A DNA stretch of 64,000 bases from the human T2T-CHM13v2.0 reference genome, Homo sapiens (GCF_009914755.1 NC_060929.1); one strand, 5' to 3'. Numbered from the stretch's first letter, positions 1-15,686 are shown. Numbers and translations are program-made. Notes: generated by a model not told the origin, from the letters alone.

Positions 1-712
1 TTTCTATCACATTTTTATTATGTAGTTATATCACTTGTAAATTAAAGAAGTTATATTAAAGTGTTCCCACTAAGTTTGGACTGGGTGGAGCCCACCACAG
101 TGCCACAGAGCCACTATAGCCAGAATGCCTCTCTAGATTCCTCCTCTCTGAGCAGGGCATCTCTGAAAGAAAGGCAGCAGCCCCACTCAGGGGCTTATAG
201 ATAAAACTCCCATCTCACTCAGGCAAGCACCCAGGGGAAGGGGCGGCTGTGGGCACAGCTTCAGCAGACTTACACGTTCCTTCCTGCCAGCTCTGAAGAG
301 AGCAGCAGATCTCCCAGCACAGCGTTCAAGCTCTGCTAAGGGACAGACTGCCTCCTCAAGTGGGTCCCTGACCCACGTGCCTCCTGATGGGGAGACATCT
401 CCCAGCAGGAGCTGACAAACACCTCATACAGGAGAGCTCTTGCTGGCATCTGGCAGGTGTCCCTCTGGGATGAAGCTTCCACAGGAAGGAGCAGGCAGCA
501 ATATCTGCTGTTCTGCAGCCTCTGCTGGTGACACCCAGGCAAACAGGGTCTGGAGTGGACCCCCAGCAAACTCCAGCAGACCTGCAGACTGTTAGAAGGA
601 AAACTAACAAACAAAAAGCAATAGCATCAACATCAACAAAAAGGATGACAATGCAAAAGCTCCATCCAAAGGTCACCAACACCAAAGACCAAAGGTAGAT
701 AAATCCACGAAG

Positions 713-1710
713 ATGAGGAAAAACCAGCACAAAAAGGCTGAAAATTCCAAAAACTAGAATGCCTCTTCTCCTCCAAAAGATCACAACTCCTTGCCAGCAA
801 GGGAACAAAAGTGGATGGAGAATGAGTTTGACGAATTGACAGAAGTAGGCTTCAGAAGGTGGGTAATAACAAACTCCTCTGAGCTAAAGGAGCATGTTCT
901 AACCCAATGCAAGGAAGCTAAGAACCTTGATAAAAGGTGAGAGGAATTGCTAACTAGAATAACTAGTTTACAGAAGAACTTAAATGACCTGATGGAGCTG
1001 AAAAACACAGCACGAGAACTTCGTGGAGCATACACAAGTATCAATAGCTGAATTGATCAAGTGGAAGAAAGGATATCAGAGATTGAAGATCATTAAAGCA
1101 TGAAGACAAGATTAGAGAAAAAAGAATGAAAAGGAAGGAAAAAGCCTCCAGGAAATATGGGACTATGTGAAAAAACCAACGTTTGATTGATGTACCTGAA
1201 AGTGATGGGGAGAATGGAACCAAGTTGGAAAACACACTTCAGGATATTATTCAGGAGAACTTATCCACCATAGCAAGATAGGCAAACATTCAAATTTATG
1301 AAATACAGAGAACACCACAAAGATAATCCTCAAGAATAGCAACTCCAAGACACACAATCATCAGATTCCCCAAAGTTGAAATGAAGGAAAAAATGTTAAG
1401 GGCAGCCAGAGAGAAAGGTCGGGTTACCCACAAAGGGAAGTCCAGCAGACTAAGAGCGGATCTCTCTGCAGAAACCCTACAAGCCACAAGACAGTGGGGG
1501 ACAATATTCAACATTCTTAAAAGAATTTTCAACCCAGAATTTCATATCCAGCCAAACAGCTTCATAAGCAAAGGAGAAATAAAATCCTTTCCAGACAAGG
1601 AAATACTGAGGGATTTTGTCACCACCAGACCTGCCTTACAAGAGCAGGAAGCACTAAATACAGAAAGGAAAAACTGGTACCAGCCATTGCAAAAACATAC
1701 CAACTTGTAA
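713..1710 (+). pseudogene. Disrupted L1 ORF1 of the old L1
   Basis: ATGAGGAAAAACCAG start at 713, early in-frame TAG and frameshifts; C-terminal fragment is ORF 1381-1710. Confidence 0.85.
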
Positions 1711-1761
1711 AGACCATCAACACTATGAAGAAGCTGCATCAACTAGCCAGCTAGCATCATA

Positions 1762-4700
1762 ATGACAGGATCAAGTTCACACATAACAATAACAATAACA
1801 ATAACAATATTAACCTTAAATGTAAATGGACTAAATTCCCCAATTAAAAGGCACAGACTGGCAAATTGGATAGAGAGTCTAGGCCCATCGCTGTGCTGTA
1901 TTCAGGAGACCCATCTCATGTGCAAAGACACACATAGGCTCAAAATAAGCAGATGGAGGAAGATTTACCAAGCAAATGTAAAGCAAGAAAAAAAACAGGG
2001 GTTGCAATCCTAGTCTCTGATAAAACAGACTTTAAACCAACAAAGATCAAAAAAGACAGAAGGACATTACATAATGGTAAAGGGATCACTGCAACAAGAA
2101 GGGTTAACTATCCTAAATATATTTGCACCCAATACAGGAGCACCCAGATTCATAAAGCAAGTTCATAGAGACTACATAGAGATGTAGATTCCCACACAAT
2201 AATAGTGAGCGACCTTAACACCCCACTATCAATATTAGACATATCAACAAGACAGAAAATTAAGAAGGATATTCAGGACTTGAACTCAGCTCTGGACCAA
2301 GTGGACCTAATAGACATCTAGAGAACTCTCCACCCCAAATCAACAGAATATACATTCTTCTCAGCACCACATAGCACTTATTCTAAAATCAACCACATAA
2401 TTGTAAGTAAAACACTCCTCGGCAAATGCAAAAGAATGGAAATCATAAGAAAGAGTCTGTCAGTCCACAGTGCAATCAAATTAGAACTCAGGATTAAGAA
2501 ACTCACTCAAAACTGCACAACTACATGGAAACTGAACAACCTGCTCCTGAATGACTTAAGGCAAAAATGAATAAGTTGTTTGAAACCAATGAGAACAAAG
2601 ACACAATGTACCAGAATCTGTGGGACACAGCTAAAGCAGTGTTTAGAGGGAAATTTATAGCACTAAATGCCCCCAGGAGAAAGCGGGAAAGATCTAAAAT
2701 TGACACCCTAACATCACAATTAAAAGAACTAGAGAAGCAAGAGCAAACAAATTCAAAAGCCAGCAGAAGACAAGAAATAACAAAGATTAGAGCAGAACTG
2801 AGGGAGATAGAGACACAAAAAAACCCTTCAAAAAAATCAATGAATCCAGGAGGTGGTTTTTTGAAAAGAATAGCAAAATAGATAGACCACTAGCCAGACT
2901 AATAAAGAAGAAAATAGAGAAGAATCAAATATACACAATAAAAGAATGATAAAGGGGAGATCATCACTGATCCCGCAGAAATACAAAGTACTCTCAGAGA
3001 ATACCATAAACACCTCTACACAAATATACTAGAAAATCTAGAAGAAGTGCATAAATTCCTGGACACATACGCCCTCCCAAGACTAAACCAGGAAGAAGTC
3101 AAATCCCTGACTAGACCAATAACAAGTTCTGAAATTGAGGCAGCAATTAATAGCCTACCAACCAAAAGAGGCCCAGGACCAGGTGTATTCACAGCTGAAT
3201 TCTACCAGAGGTACAAAGAGGAGCTGGTACCATTCCTTCTGAAACTATTCCAAACGATAGAAAAAGAGGGAATCCTCCCTAACTCATTTTTTATGAGGCC
3301 AAAATCATCCTAATAACAAAACCTGGCAGAGACACACACAAAAAAAGAAAATTTCAGGCCAATATCCCTGATGAAGATCAATGCGAAAATACTCAATAAA
3401 ATACTGGCAAACCAAATCCAGTAGCACATTAAAAAGCTTATCCACCACAATCAAGTCAGCTTCATCCCTGGGATGCAAAGCTGGTTCAACATATGCAAAT
3501 CAATAAACGTAATCCATCACATAAACAGAACCAACGACAAAAACCACATGATTATCTCAAAAGATGCAGAAAAAGCCTTTGACAAAATTCAACAGCCCTT
3601 CATGCTAAAAACACACAATAAACTAGGTATTGATGAAACATGTCTCAAAATAATAAGAGCTGTATATGGCAGACCCACAGCCAATATACTGAATGGACAA
3701 AAGCTGGAAGCATTCCCTTTGAAAACCAGCACAGGACAAGGATGCCCTCTCTCACCACTCCTATTCAACATAGTATTGGAAGTTCTGGTCAGGGCAGTCA
3801 GGCAAGAGAAAGAAATAAAGCATATTCAAATAGGAAGAGATGAAGTCAATTTATCTCTGTTTGCAGATGACATGATTTTATATTTAGAGAACCCCATCAT
3901 CTCAGCCCAGAAACTCCTTAAGCTGATAAGCAACTTCAGCTAAGTCTCAGGATACAAAATCAATGTGCAAAAATCACAACCATTCCTATACACCAATAAT
4001 AGACAAACAGCCAAATCATGAGCAAACTCCCATTCACAATTGCTACAAAGAGAATAAAATACCTAGGAATACAACTTACAAGGGATGTGAAGGACCTCTT
4101 CAAGGAGAACTACAAACCACTGCTCAAGGAAATCAGAGAGGACACAAACAAATGGAAGAACATTCCATGCTCATGGATAGGAAGAATAAATATTGTGAAA
4201 ATGGCCATACTGCCCAAAGTAATTTATAGATTCAATGCTATCCCCATCAAGCTACCATTGACTTTCTTCACAGAATTAGAAAAACCTACTTTAAATTTCA
4301 TATGGAATGAAAAAAGAGCCCATATAGCCAAGAAAATCCTAAGCAAAAAGAACAAAGCTGGAGGCATCACGCTACCTGACTTCAAACTATACTACAAGGC
4401 TAAAATAACCAAAACAGCATAGTACTGGTACCAAAACAGATATATAGACCAATGGAACAGAACAGAGGCCTCAGAAATAACGTCACACATCTACACACAT
4501 CTGATCTTTGACAAACCTGATAAAACAAGCAGTGGGGAAAGGATTCCCTATTTAATAAATGGTGCTAGGAAAATTGGCTAGCCATAGGCAGAAAGTTGAC
4601 ACTGGACCCCTTCCTTACATCTTACGCAAAAATTAACTCCAGATAGATTAAAGATGTAAACATAAGATCTAAAACCATAAAAACCCTAGAAGAAAACCTA

Positions 4701-5575
4701 GGCAATACCATTGCATGTGCAAAGACTTCATGACTAAAACACCAAAAGCAATGGCAACAAAAGCCAAAATTGACAAATAGGATCTAATTAAACTAAATAG
4801 CTTCTGCACAGGAAAAGAAACTATCATCAGAGTGAACAGGCAACCTACAGAATGGGAGAAAATTTTTGCAATCCATCCATCTGACAAAGAGCTAATACCC
4901 AGAATCTACAAGGAACTTAAGCAAATTTACAAGAAAAAAACAAAAAACCCCATCAAAAATTGGGCAGAGTATATGAACAGACACTTTTCAAAAGAAGACA
5001 TTTATACGGCCAGCAAACATGAAAAAAAGCTCATCGTCGCTGGCCATTAGAGAAATGCAAATCAAAACCACAATGAAATACCATCTCACACCAGTTAAAA
5101 TGGTGATCATTAAAAAGTCAGGAAACAACAGATCCTGGAGAGGATGTGGAGAAATAAGAAAGCTTTTACACTGACGGTGGGAGTGTAAATTAGTTCAACC
5201 ATTGTGGAAGACAGTGTGGCAATTTCTTAAGGATCTAGAACTAGAAATACCATTTGACCCAGCAATCCCATTACTGGGTATATACCCAAAGGATTATAAA
5301 TCATTCTACTATAAAGACACATGCACACGTATGTTTATTAAAGCACTATTCACAATATCAAAGACTTGGAACCAACCCAGATGCCCATCAGTGATAGACT
5401 GGATAAAGAAAATGTGGCAAATATACACCATGGAATAATATGCAGCCATAAAACAGAATGAGTTCATGTCCTTTGCAGGGACATGGATGAAGCTGGAAAC
5501 CATCATTCTCAGCAAACTAACAGAACAGAAAACCCAATACCGCATGTTCTCACTCATAAGTGGGAGTTGAACAAT
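1762..5575 (+). pseudogene. Disrupted L1 ORF2 (endonuclease/RT) of the old L1
   Basis: Colinear ORF2 fragments 1762-2013, 2567-2881, 3047-3313, 3473-3943 (FADD), 4018-4422, 4832-5050, 5202-5438, separated by stops/frameshifts. End coordinate approximate. Confidence 0.88.
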
Positions 5576-8500
5576 GAGAACACATGGATACAGGGAAGGG
5601 AACATCGCACATGGGTGCCTGTCAGAGGGTGGGGGGTTAGGGGAGGGATAGCATTAGGAGAAATACCTAATGTAGATGACGGGTTGATGGGTGCAGCAAA
5701 CCACCATGGCACATGTATATCTATGTAAGAAACCTGAACGTTCTACACATGTGTCCCAGAACTTAAAGTATAATAATTAAAAAAAAAAGGTGTTCCCATT
5801 ATTTTAAACTAGATACTTATTATGTTGCATTTAAAGTTAGTTTGAAAATATGACATTTTAGTTGATTAATTTATAGCTAATGTGTTGATTTTGCACTCAG
5901 TAAGGGCATTGCTTTTAAGCTCCATGTTCAAAGGTTTCTCTTCATTTGAGTATTAGAAACGTGAAACTTAGAAACTCTACCAGTTACTGCACATGGACAT
6001 CAAAATAAGAAACTGACTTTACTTCTTATAGTAAGAAACTATTAACCTGTATCTATTTTTTAACCTTTCTGTGTTATAGTTAGGTATATTTGTCATCTAA
6101 GTTCCACTTATGGGAGCTCTTATTTCAATTTCTTTAAAATAAGCAATTAGAAAACTAAAGTCAGGTAATGCCTTTTAGAAAGTATTTTCACTACATGATG
6201 CCTGATAGTTTGCAGAATGAAACAAATTTATCAGTGTGAGGCACTGAGCCCTACTAGTGGGAGATGGTTACTAAGTATTTTGTGAATTGATGAATGAAGA
6301 ACTGAAAAGGCATTCTAAACCTGGGTTCATTCCTCTAAAGTTTTGTATGTCAAAGAGCAGAGATTTTAAATATTTAACATCACTGTGAATTTGCTTTTTC
6401 TAGATATCAGCGTTTATTCCAAATTCAGAAAGGTCAGCTGGCTTGTATCTGATCACATAGCTAGTTACTACCAAAGACAAATCAAACCCCCAGCACACAG
6501 CATCCCATTTTTCCTGAAAAGCTGTCGCTGGCTTCACAACATATCTGCAACTCTTGACATTTGCAGCAGTTTTCTCTTCAGTAACATGTAAAAATTGTTT
6601 CAAGTCTCCAGAAGTCCTCCTACTTATTCCATGATTATATTTGGGTTATGAAAATGAATGAGCCTATTTGAGAATTTGAATGGAAAGCTCTTGCTCAGTC
6701 ACTTTGCATAGTTTCTATTGACTTTATAATGCAATATTCAAAGAAAAGTTAGACTAATGTGAAATGGCAACAGAAATAATAATTTCCTTCTTGTTGCCTG
6801 TTAATTTTCATGAGGGATTCATTTAATCGTATTTCAATTCCATAGAGACTGAAGAGATGCAGTTGGGATGATACAAACAGCCTATCTTTGTCATTCTAAT
6901 TTTTTGCTGTGTAGATCTATGCACTTGGCAAGGTAAATAACAATGAATAATAAAATAATGTAAAATGATTATGTGGAGCCATCTCTCTGTAGGTAGCAAA
7001 AGACAGATTCTGTAATAGAGGAAATTAATAAAGCAAAGAGAAAATTAGTAATATTAATTTTTAGTCTACTGTTATTTCTGCATTGCCAAGCCTATCTGTG
7101 GTACTGAGTTTCTCTTTTTAAAATAACTCATAATGCTTTCTAAATTTTTGCGGGTCTGATCACCTGTTTGCTAAAGAAATTACTATATTTTTAATATTCC
7201 CGCTAAAGAGAAACATAGCACTTATAACCAGTTACCCTCTGAAAAAATTCTGATCTTCCACACTTGTTCGTGTTCATCTCTCATGCCCATCCTTACTCTG
7301 TGTCTCTTCATACAGTTTCTCGCATGACCTTCTAGCCTTACCAGACTTTCAGGCCTAGTCCTAAAGGGGCGAGGTGCTGGGTTTCAGCCCTCTGGGAGTG
7401 TAGCTTAGCTACAAATGCAGACCAAAACCCAGACCAATGAGCTCCCCAAAGTGCTGCACTATGAGGACAACGTGAGTGTGAAAAGGCTATGTAAATCCTT
7501 CAGTTGTTCTGGCAGGCACTTCACAGAGCACGCCACCCTCAAGGTCAGCCACATCTTTTTGAACAAAGAACACTGCAGAAGTTGCGGGGAGTCAGGGATT
7601 ATAGAGGACTGAAGTTACTTCTACAGTAGCTATAATGGAAGCTGTTTAGGGAGATGTCAATATTTCTGTCAATAAACTCCTGATACTTATACATACTGAA
7701 ACACACAATAAACTCAAAGTGATGCCCTACAAATAATGCCTTTCTGAGCTGTTAACCAAATACCCACTGATGGCTTCTTTCCCCCCAAGTCTCTCTCCAT
7801 GTTCTCCAGCAACTCTGCATGAAGATGGACCAGTGTGGGCTCTCGATTTAATCTTCATAGCCCAGGAGAAAGAGCCTGGAACTTATCTTCAAACTATTTA
7901 TAATTAATTCTCAAATTATGATCTAGTTTCTGGATCTCCAACTCCTTGAGGAGTTCTCTAATGTTTGGACACATGTATTTCCTACAGAAAATCTGGAACC
8001 CTTTCTAATGGTGACCCTTTTTATTAAACCACACTGCCTTTCATCCATACTAAAGCACAGCTCATACAGTCAATTAAAGAATGTGATGGAAGCTAGAGAA
8101 AATGGAGACGCAGCCAGGCTGAGTTTTCTGTCCATACACTACATTTTGGAGGAGATTAAATGCACTTAGGGTCTTCATATATTCTTTCCTAGCCTCCTTC
8201 TCACTTTTCAAGCTGCCCTTGGCTGACCTGAACTCTGGCTACATCTCCCCTAAGAAGGGAAAGCAGAACCCAGAGTCTCCACCAGAAACCAGAAAGCAAT
8301 GGTTCTGTCATTTTGCATTAGTATCAGAAAGCTGGGGAGCTTTTTAAAAATCTTGATGTTTAGGTCCATCTAGATCAGTTGCATCAGTTGCTCTAGGAAT
8401 GGGACCAGACTTGGATAGTTTTCTGGGTAACAATTTCACTTGTTTTCTTTCTCAAGAATTATTTCTGTCTTGATGATGAAAGCTAGTGCATTAATTTTCA

Positions 8501-10399
8501 CTTCTAGAAGTTCATCTTTTTTTATCCTTTTACCTCCTTGCAGAAGTCATGCAAAATATGCTAGTATGCTAGCCGATTAAACTGGAAGCCCAGCATTTAT
8601 AACGGCCAGAAGAAATCCTTAAAGACAGTAACCTGATTCTCAGTTGTGAAGGGAAAAGAAATCTTCAGGTTTAATCTCCTTCTTTCTAATTCTAAAGCAT
8701 CCCTACCAGACGCCAGGATAGCCTCTGCTTGCCCTCCACCAGGAATGAAGAACACGTGTCCCTAGGGGAGTCTGCACCATACTTAGCCTCTCTGGAGGTT
8801 AAAGAGGCCTTTAGCCACCAAGCAAAACATTACCTTTGCTGCCCATTAAATGGCAGGAGGCTTTCACATGAGCAGTTTCCTATGAGAGAAATCAGCTTTA
8901 GGGAACAAAATCTTTGCTTAGTATCACAGAAGAGTGAATTCTTGGTATAAATTCCCCCAGGCTAAAAAAGGAAACTCTGGGAAGATCAGTTCCTTTCATC
9001 CTTGTGACAGATGGCTTGCCTACAAGCCCATGACACTTAAACCTGTCATAAGGTAGTATCAAATTCATCCATCTTCAGCTCGATTTCAGATCTAAACTGA
9101 AGGGTATTGTTAGCATGTACTGTGAACAAGACCAAAAAGGAGTAGAGCTAGAGTGAGTACATGAGATGATAATACAGAGATCAATACCAAAGCATTCTAA
9201 ACATCTATAGGATCCCCAGCTGTGATGAGATGCCAAATGCCAGGATCACCTATCTTCATGGTTTTCTTTTCTAAATCCATATGAATTAATCCTGGTTCTG
9301 AGTTTTCAAGCAACACAAATCTATCAACTAATTTAAGCAGAAAAAAAAAACTTGTTAAAAGAGTGTTGGGTCAATCACTATCCCTCCAGAAGAATCTGAA
9401 AACCAGAGAGACTCCACCTTGAGGACAGCAGACCACAACCATGTCAGGATGCTGGTCTGGTGAAGGACCATTCACAGCTGCCTTCCATGATGCTTCTAAA
9501 ATCACGGCTACTATTACCTCTGGAAGTAGAGGGTGCTGCTGGTGCTGCCTCTACCATTTACTGGACTTGCTCCTGTGTTCTTCCTGCTTCTTCTCATGTT
9601 TAGCTTGCATTCTAAGTATGAGTGTGTCTGATGGGTCCAGGTCCACCGCCCTGAGCTGGCCATAGCTATAAGGAACAGTGAGATTGCAAGCACCAGACGT
9701 TTTTAGCACTAGCCCTCAGAGCTGAGCTCCACCTCAGGAGGAGGGGAGTCCCCAACACAGGAGAAGCTGCACGTGCACCACAGTCCAGCAGAAACACAGC
9801 TGCTTTTTTTCTTCCAGTGCTACTCTGTGAACAGGTGCCCACCTGGGAACTATGCAACCCAGTGACAAAGACAGAAGTACAGAAATTGAGAGGAAGCATT
9901 TAGAAACTCTTCTTACAGCTGTTTAAGCTTAGGTTTTGTATATCTTTGTTTCATTTTATTTCATTTTTCTACTAATTCGTTTTGATTATAATTTGCAAAA
10001 CTATCAGGCTACAATGGATTGCAAACAAAAAACCTGGCCTTTTAATGCAGAGAGTTTGAGAAGCACTCTACTTAGTATATATAATATATATACTATATTA
10101 TATATATATATATATATAAAGTAATATATACTTAGTAAAATAAATTCAATTCCTGTAAGCCAAGGAAAGTTGTAATTTTTATTCAATAGCAAAAAACTAA
10201 TATATTGAACACTTACTGTAGTAAGTGTAGTATGCTCTGTAGTATGCTCATTTAAGCCTAGCTCTGTAGTATGATCATTTAAGCTTTATTATTCTATGAT
10301 TCTAGTACTGTTTTTTATTTTGGTTTTAGAGATAAGAAAACTGAGACACAGAAAGATTAATGGACTTTCCCAAGCTATCTGATTCCAGAAATTTCACTC

Positions 10400-11060
10400 T
10401 TTTTAAATTTTTAAAATATTTTACTTATTTTATTTTGTTTTTTGGGAACAGGTGGTGATGGGTTACATGAATAAGTTCTTTAGTGGTGATTTCTGAGATT
10501 TTGGTGCACCCATCACCCAAGCAGTACCCAATGTGTAGTCTTTTATCCCTCACCACCCCCTACCTTTCCCTCAAGTCTCCAAAGTTCATTGTATCATTCT
10601 TATGCCTTTGCATCCTCATAGCTTAGCTCCCACATATGAGTGAGAATACACCATGTTTGGCTTTCCATTCCTGAGTTACTTCACTTAGAATAATAGGCTC
10701 CAGTACCATCCACGTTGCTGCAGAGTGCCATTATTTTGTTTCTTTTATGGCTGAATAGTATTTTGTGGTATATTTATACCACATTTTCTTTGTCCTTTCC
10801 TTGATTGATGGGCATTTGAGCTGGTTCCATATTTTTGCAATTGCAGATTATGCTGCTATAAATATGCATGTGCAAGTATCTTTTTCATATCATGACTTCT
10901 TTTCCACTGAGTAGATACCTAGTAGTGGGATTGCTGGATCAAATGGTAGATCTACTTTTAGTTCTTTAAGGAATCTCCACACTTTTTTTCCATAGTGGTT
11001 ATATTAGTTTACATTCCCACCAATAGTATGAAAGTGTTCCCTTTTCTCTTACCCACCAAA
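10400..11060 (-). mobile_element. L1PB-like 3' fragment
   Basis: T-rich tail followed by antisense L1 3'UTR/ORF2-end sequence (GGTTACATGAATAAGTTCTTTAGTGGTGATTTCTGAGATTTTGGTGCACCCATCACC...GGATTGCTGGATCAAATGGTAG). Confidence 0.75.
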
Positions 11061-11192
11061 ACATACTTTCCCTACCTTGTATGACATTCCCAACCTAAGA
11101 GCAGCCAAGAGCTAACACAGTTAATAGTATTCAGTTCTTAAAAGTTGATTATCTTTAAAGGGCAAACATATTCATTTGTAAGACTCACTTGC

Positions 11193-11618
11193 TGTACTAG
11201 TCTGTTCTCACATTGCTATAAAGAAATACCTGAGATTGGGTAATTTATAAAGAAAAGAGGTCTAATTGGCTCATGGTTCTTCAGGCTATATAGGAAGCAT
11301 AATGCTGGCATCTGCTCACCTTCTGGGGAGGCCTCAGGAAACTTACAATCATGATGGAAGGCAAAGAGGGGACAGGCACTTCACATGGCTGGAGCAAGAG
11401 GAGGAGTGTTGGGAGAGGTGCTGCAAACTTTTAAAGGACCAGGTCAAATGAGAATTCATTCACTATCGTGACGACAGCACCAAGGGGAATGGTGCTAAAC
11501 CATTCATGAGAAATCTGCCCCCATGATCCAATCACCTCCAACCAGGCCCCACCTCCAACAATGGGGATTACATTTTAATATGAGATTTGGGCAGGAACAC
11601 AGATTTAAACTCTTATCA
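11193..11618 (-). mobile_element. MaLR solo LTR (MST family, MSTB-like)
   Basis: TG...CA ends (TGTACTAGTCTGTTCTCAC...TATCA), typical MST internal motifs (CCCCATGATCCAATCACCTCC), 5-bp TSD CTTGC/CTAGC. Confidence 0.8.
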
Positions 11619-13384
11619 CTAGCTTTACTTCTGAGTAGGCTTCTGTGACTTCTGACTAGTCACACCGGATATACTGAATGTAAGATCCTAGAAGAAGCTG
11701 TCAGGAAGTGGTGGCGCCAGGTCATCTGGAGCTGCTGGGCTCAGTGACTAGCCAGAGATGAGTGTCCCAGCACCTGACATGTCAGGCTTTCTTGTGGGAC
11801 CTAGTCCAGGTTGGTGTTGGGGTTGTAGAGCTTTCTCTGGGTAGCTGACCTGTCCAAAGTGTGGTACCATGAGAAGAGGAATGTCTGTTCACAATGACTA
11901 GGAATCAATCCACCTTCCCCATTCTTCTTACACAGCCAGGATTTCTATAAAACTAACATTTCAGACCTGACAGAAGTCACTAGTCAGAAACAGAAATACA
12001 TCTGTGCTCTGAGGAAGGGAGTATCAACAATAAGTCTTATGAAGCCAAATGGCCTTTAATGCAAGAAACCACAATCTCTTCTCAATCTCCTTTGGAAGAA
12101 AACCATACCATATGGGCACAGTTCATTCTCCTTGAACAGAACCCTAAGATTAAACTGAGGTCTAATGATTGAGTTTGCAGAGCAGCAATCATATGAGTGT
12201 GGGATCACCCGATGAGATAGTTCTTTTAAGGCCTAATACAGCTCGAATGTCAGAGCTCTTCATGTTGAAAATAATATAAGAGTATTTTTTCATTGCAGGG
12301 ATTATAAATTAAATGTATTTTCTGATATATCACTTTAATCATTTTAGAAAAAAAAAATCAATAAAATGGGACCCAGCTTGCTCTGTCTTAGCCTCAGACA
12401 CATTATCAATAATTATCTCATCTTTCAAAATGGCAGCCAACTCCCAACTGTTAAAAATTCTTCATTATAATTAAAATCATCCTTTTCAAATTTATCATCA
12501 TATATTATTGTGTACCCTTCAAGCATTTAAGTTAAGGTAGAAAATATAAGGATTATGTTTAACCTACATGTTCAGGGTTGGCATAATTGCTATCTTGGTA
12601 TAGATGCTGCCTAAAAGCCTTGTGATGGGGCAGGGAATTCAGAAGAATGTACATTTATCTTTGACAGAGAAGTTTTAAGGTTTGATTTGTTTTTCTTTAA
12701 TTTTTGTTTTTTCTGGAAGATAAAATACTACCATTTTGCCCCATTCTTATTGAAAAATAGACTATGAGATACTCGGTGGTTTCTAAACCCATGTATAGAA
12801 AAACTGTGATTCACCAAACTAGATTTCCCACATGTTGGTTTCTCATCACAAGTTTTATGCATAACAATTTTTTCGTGTTGTAAGAATGGGTTTTATAACA
12901 CCAAATTGGGCACCACGAATTCACTTACCATTCTTCAGGTGGTGAAATATGCGTCATTTTTGTTGGAAATATTGGGGCAGAAAGTCCAAAATGTGATCAT
13001 AGGTACATTCCCTTAAGTCCCAGATCACTGCTGGTCAAATTGCCAGTTTTATTGATCACTCAGCCTTGTTGAACATCTGGAGACAATTTTTTCAGTGGGT
13101 GGTAGTGGACAAGAATATGTGGCTGAGTCATTCAAACTAATTAAATTCTAAAACCCACCTATTTTTACCAGACCATTCCAAGTAGAGATAATCTGTAAAT
13201 ACCAAACTATTTCCTAAAGTGTCTAGTATAATTTCAAACATGGATAACTGCCTAATAAATACTTACGGGATTAATTTTGTATAAGGAAAGTTTTAATCTT
13301 TCCTCCAAATAACTGCATTTGTCTTCTCCATTATTTTGTTGCTGAAGTGATCAAACAAAACCAGACTGAGAGGGTACAGAAGTC

Positions 13385-13995
<611 letters not shown>

Positions 13996-14323
13996 GAGGG
14001 AAAAACGCAATTCATTTACAAGTGAATTCAATAGAGATAGTTGAAAATATCAAATTCAAGATATTAGTGGAGAAAACACAGCTTTCTAAGCAAGAAATCC
14101 AGTTGGTATAAAGTCTTTATTTCACTGGGAAAATTTTTACCATTTGAATCACAGTAATCCTAACACATTCTTTTAGAAAGGGCAAAGCGGTGGGATAAGA
14201 AGTAAAACATTTCCCCTCCAAAATAAATGTGGAAGGAAATATAATAAGCTGTGTATATGTGTGTTTACCCTTTTTAAAAACCCAAAGTCTTCCAATCAAT
14301 GATGGAGAATGTTTCTAGTTTGA

Positions 14324-14900
14324 TGTATTGGCTATCTACTGCTAGATAACAAATTACCCCAAACTTGGGTGACTTACAACAACAGCACTATTATCTCATG
14401 GTTTTTGAGGGTCAGGAATTGGCACTGCTTGGCGCCAGCTGCATCACAAGGCAGCAGTCAAGGTGTTGTCTGGGACTGCAGTCATCTCAAGGCTGGACCA
14501 GGGAAAGATCCACCTGACCTCACTCACGCAGTTGGTGGCAGGATGCAGTTCTTTGCAAGTTGATGGGTTTAGGGCTTTAGTTTCTCAAGAGCTGTTGCTC
14601 AGAGGCCTTCCCTGGTTTTTCACCATGTATGCCTCTCCACAGGGCAGGTTCCAGCACGGCATCTTGCTTCATCAGAGTGAGCAAGTGAGAGGGCGAGAGA
14701 GAGGATGAAACCAAGAAGGAAGTAGTCATCTTTCATAATCTAACCTTGGAAGTGACATCTTACCACTTTTTCCAAATTTCATTTATTAGAGACACACCAC
14801 TGCATCCAATCCACACACTCCAGGGGATGTGATTACACAAGTATATAAATTCCAGAAGATGAGATTCCACTGGCACCCACGTCAGGGAGCACCTACCACA
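14324..14900 (-). mobile_element. Old MLT1-type MaLR LTR
   Basis: TGTATTGGCTATCTACTGCTAGATAACAAATTACCCCAAACTT start and CCTACCACA end typical of MLT1. Confidence 0.6.
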
Positions 14901-15099
14901 AACAGCAACTGGCTTCCTCTTTAATCAGGACAAAATGAAATGTGGAAGACCAAAGAAATGTTGAAACTCCAAGGACATTTTCCTGTAAAATGTTCAAAAC
15001 ATACAGATAATTCTCTAATGCCTGGTTCTGTATCTGTGGCCATATGTATAAGTCGCACTGGGCAAGTTAAATATCCATATTATTGTTAGTCACATTTTT

Positions 15100-15400
15100 T
15101 TTTATTTTTTTGAGACAGGTCTCACTCTTCCATCCAGGCAGGCAGTGGTGTGATCACGGCTCACCACAGCCTCAATCTCCCAGGTTTAAGGAATCCTCCT
15201 ACCTCAGCCTCCTGAGTAGCTGGGAATACAGGTGTGTACCACCTAACCAGGGATTTTTTAATTTATTTTATTTTTTTTTTTGTAGAGACGAGGTTTCACC
15301 GTGTAGCCCAGGCTGGTCTTGAACGCCTCAGCTCAAGTGATCTGCCTGACTCAGCCTCTCAAAGTGCTGGGATTATAGGCATGAGCCACTGTGCCCAGCC
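15100..15400 (-). mobile_element. Alu (AluJ-like)
   Basis: Diverged dimeric Alu; TSD TAGTCACATTTTT at 15087 and 15401. Confidence 0.9.
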
Positions 15401-15589
15401 TAGTCACATTTTTAAAAATGATATTCTCCTGTTTGATATATATGTGAATAAATTACCAAAAGAGAGCAAGAGGAAGAGAGAAGGAAATCAACTGAGGCAC
15501 AAAGCTGGAATGTTCTCTACCAAATGTAGCCTGGATATGGTGTGTTCCTGTTTCTGTTTCTACAAAGCAGTATCAAGAAATAATTTTGA

Positions 15590-15686
15590 GGTGTGTGTGT
15601 GTGTGTGTGCATGCAAATGTATATGTGCATACCTGTGTGTGTGCATGAATGCATGTGTGTGTGTCTGTGTGTATGCATGTGTGTGA
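15590..15686. repeat. Imperfect (TG)n/(CATG) microsatellite
   Basis: GTGTGTGTGT...GCATGTGTGT run. Confidence 0.9.

Larger units (their letters stand above)
73..5786 (+). mobile_element. Old primate LINE-1 (L1PA7/L1PA8-like), truncated within the 5'UTR, ORFs disrupted
   Basis: Frameshifted ORF1/ORF2 fragments in the ORF track ([36 protein letters not shown]). 3' end GATGACGGGTTGATGGGTGCAGCAAACCACCATGG followed by poly(A). Degenerate TSD AAAGTGTTCCCACTA (58-72) / AAGGTGTTCCCATTA (5787-5801) at a TT/AAAG site. Confidence 0.93.

Noticed and set aside
1782-1808. (ATAACA)4 giving HITITITITIL at the old ORF2 start
   Set aside because: Slippage expansion in a dead element whose frame breaks shortly afterwards.
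10219-10290. Short tandem duplications (GTAGTATGCTC..., also 28370-28430 and 30406-30450) as a possible array
   Set aside because: Only 2-3 copies without unique spacers; ordinary slippage, not CRISPR-like.
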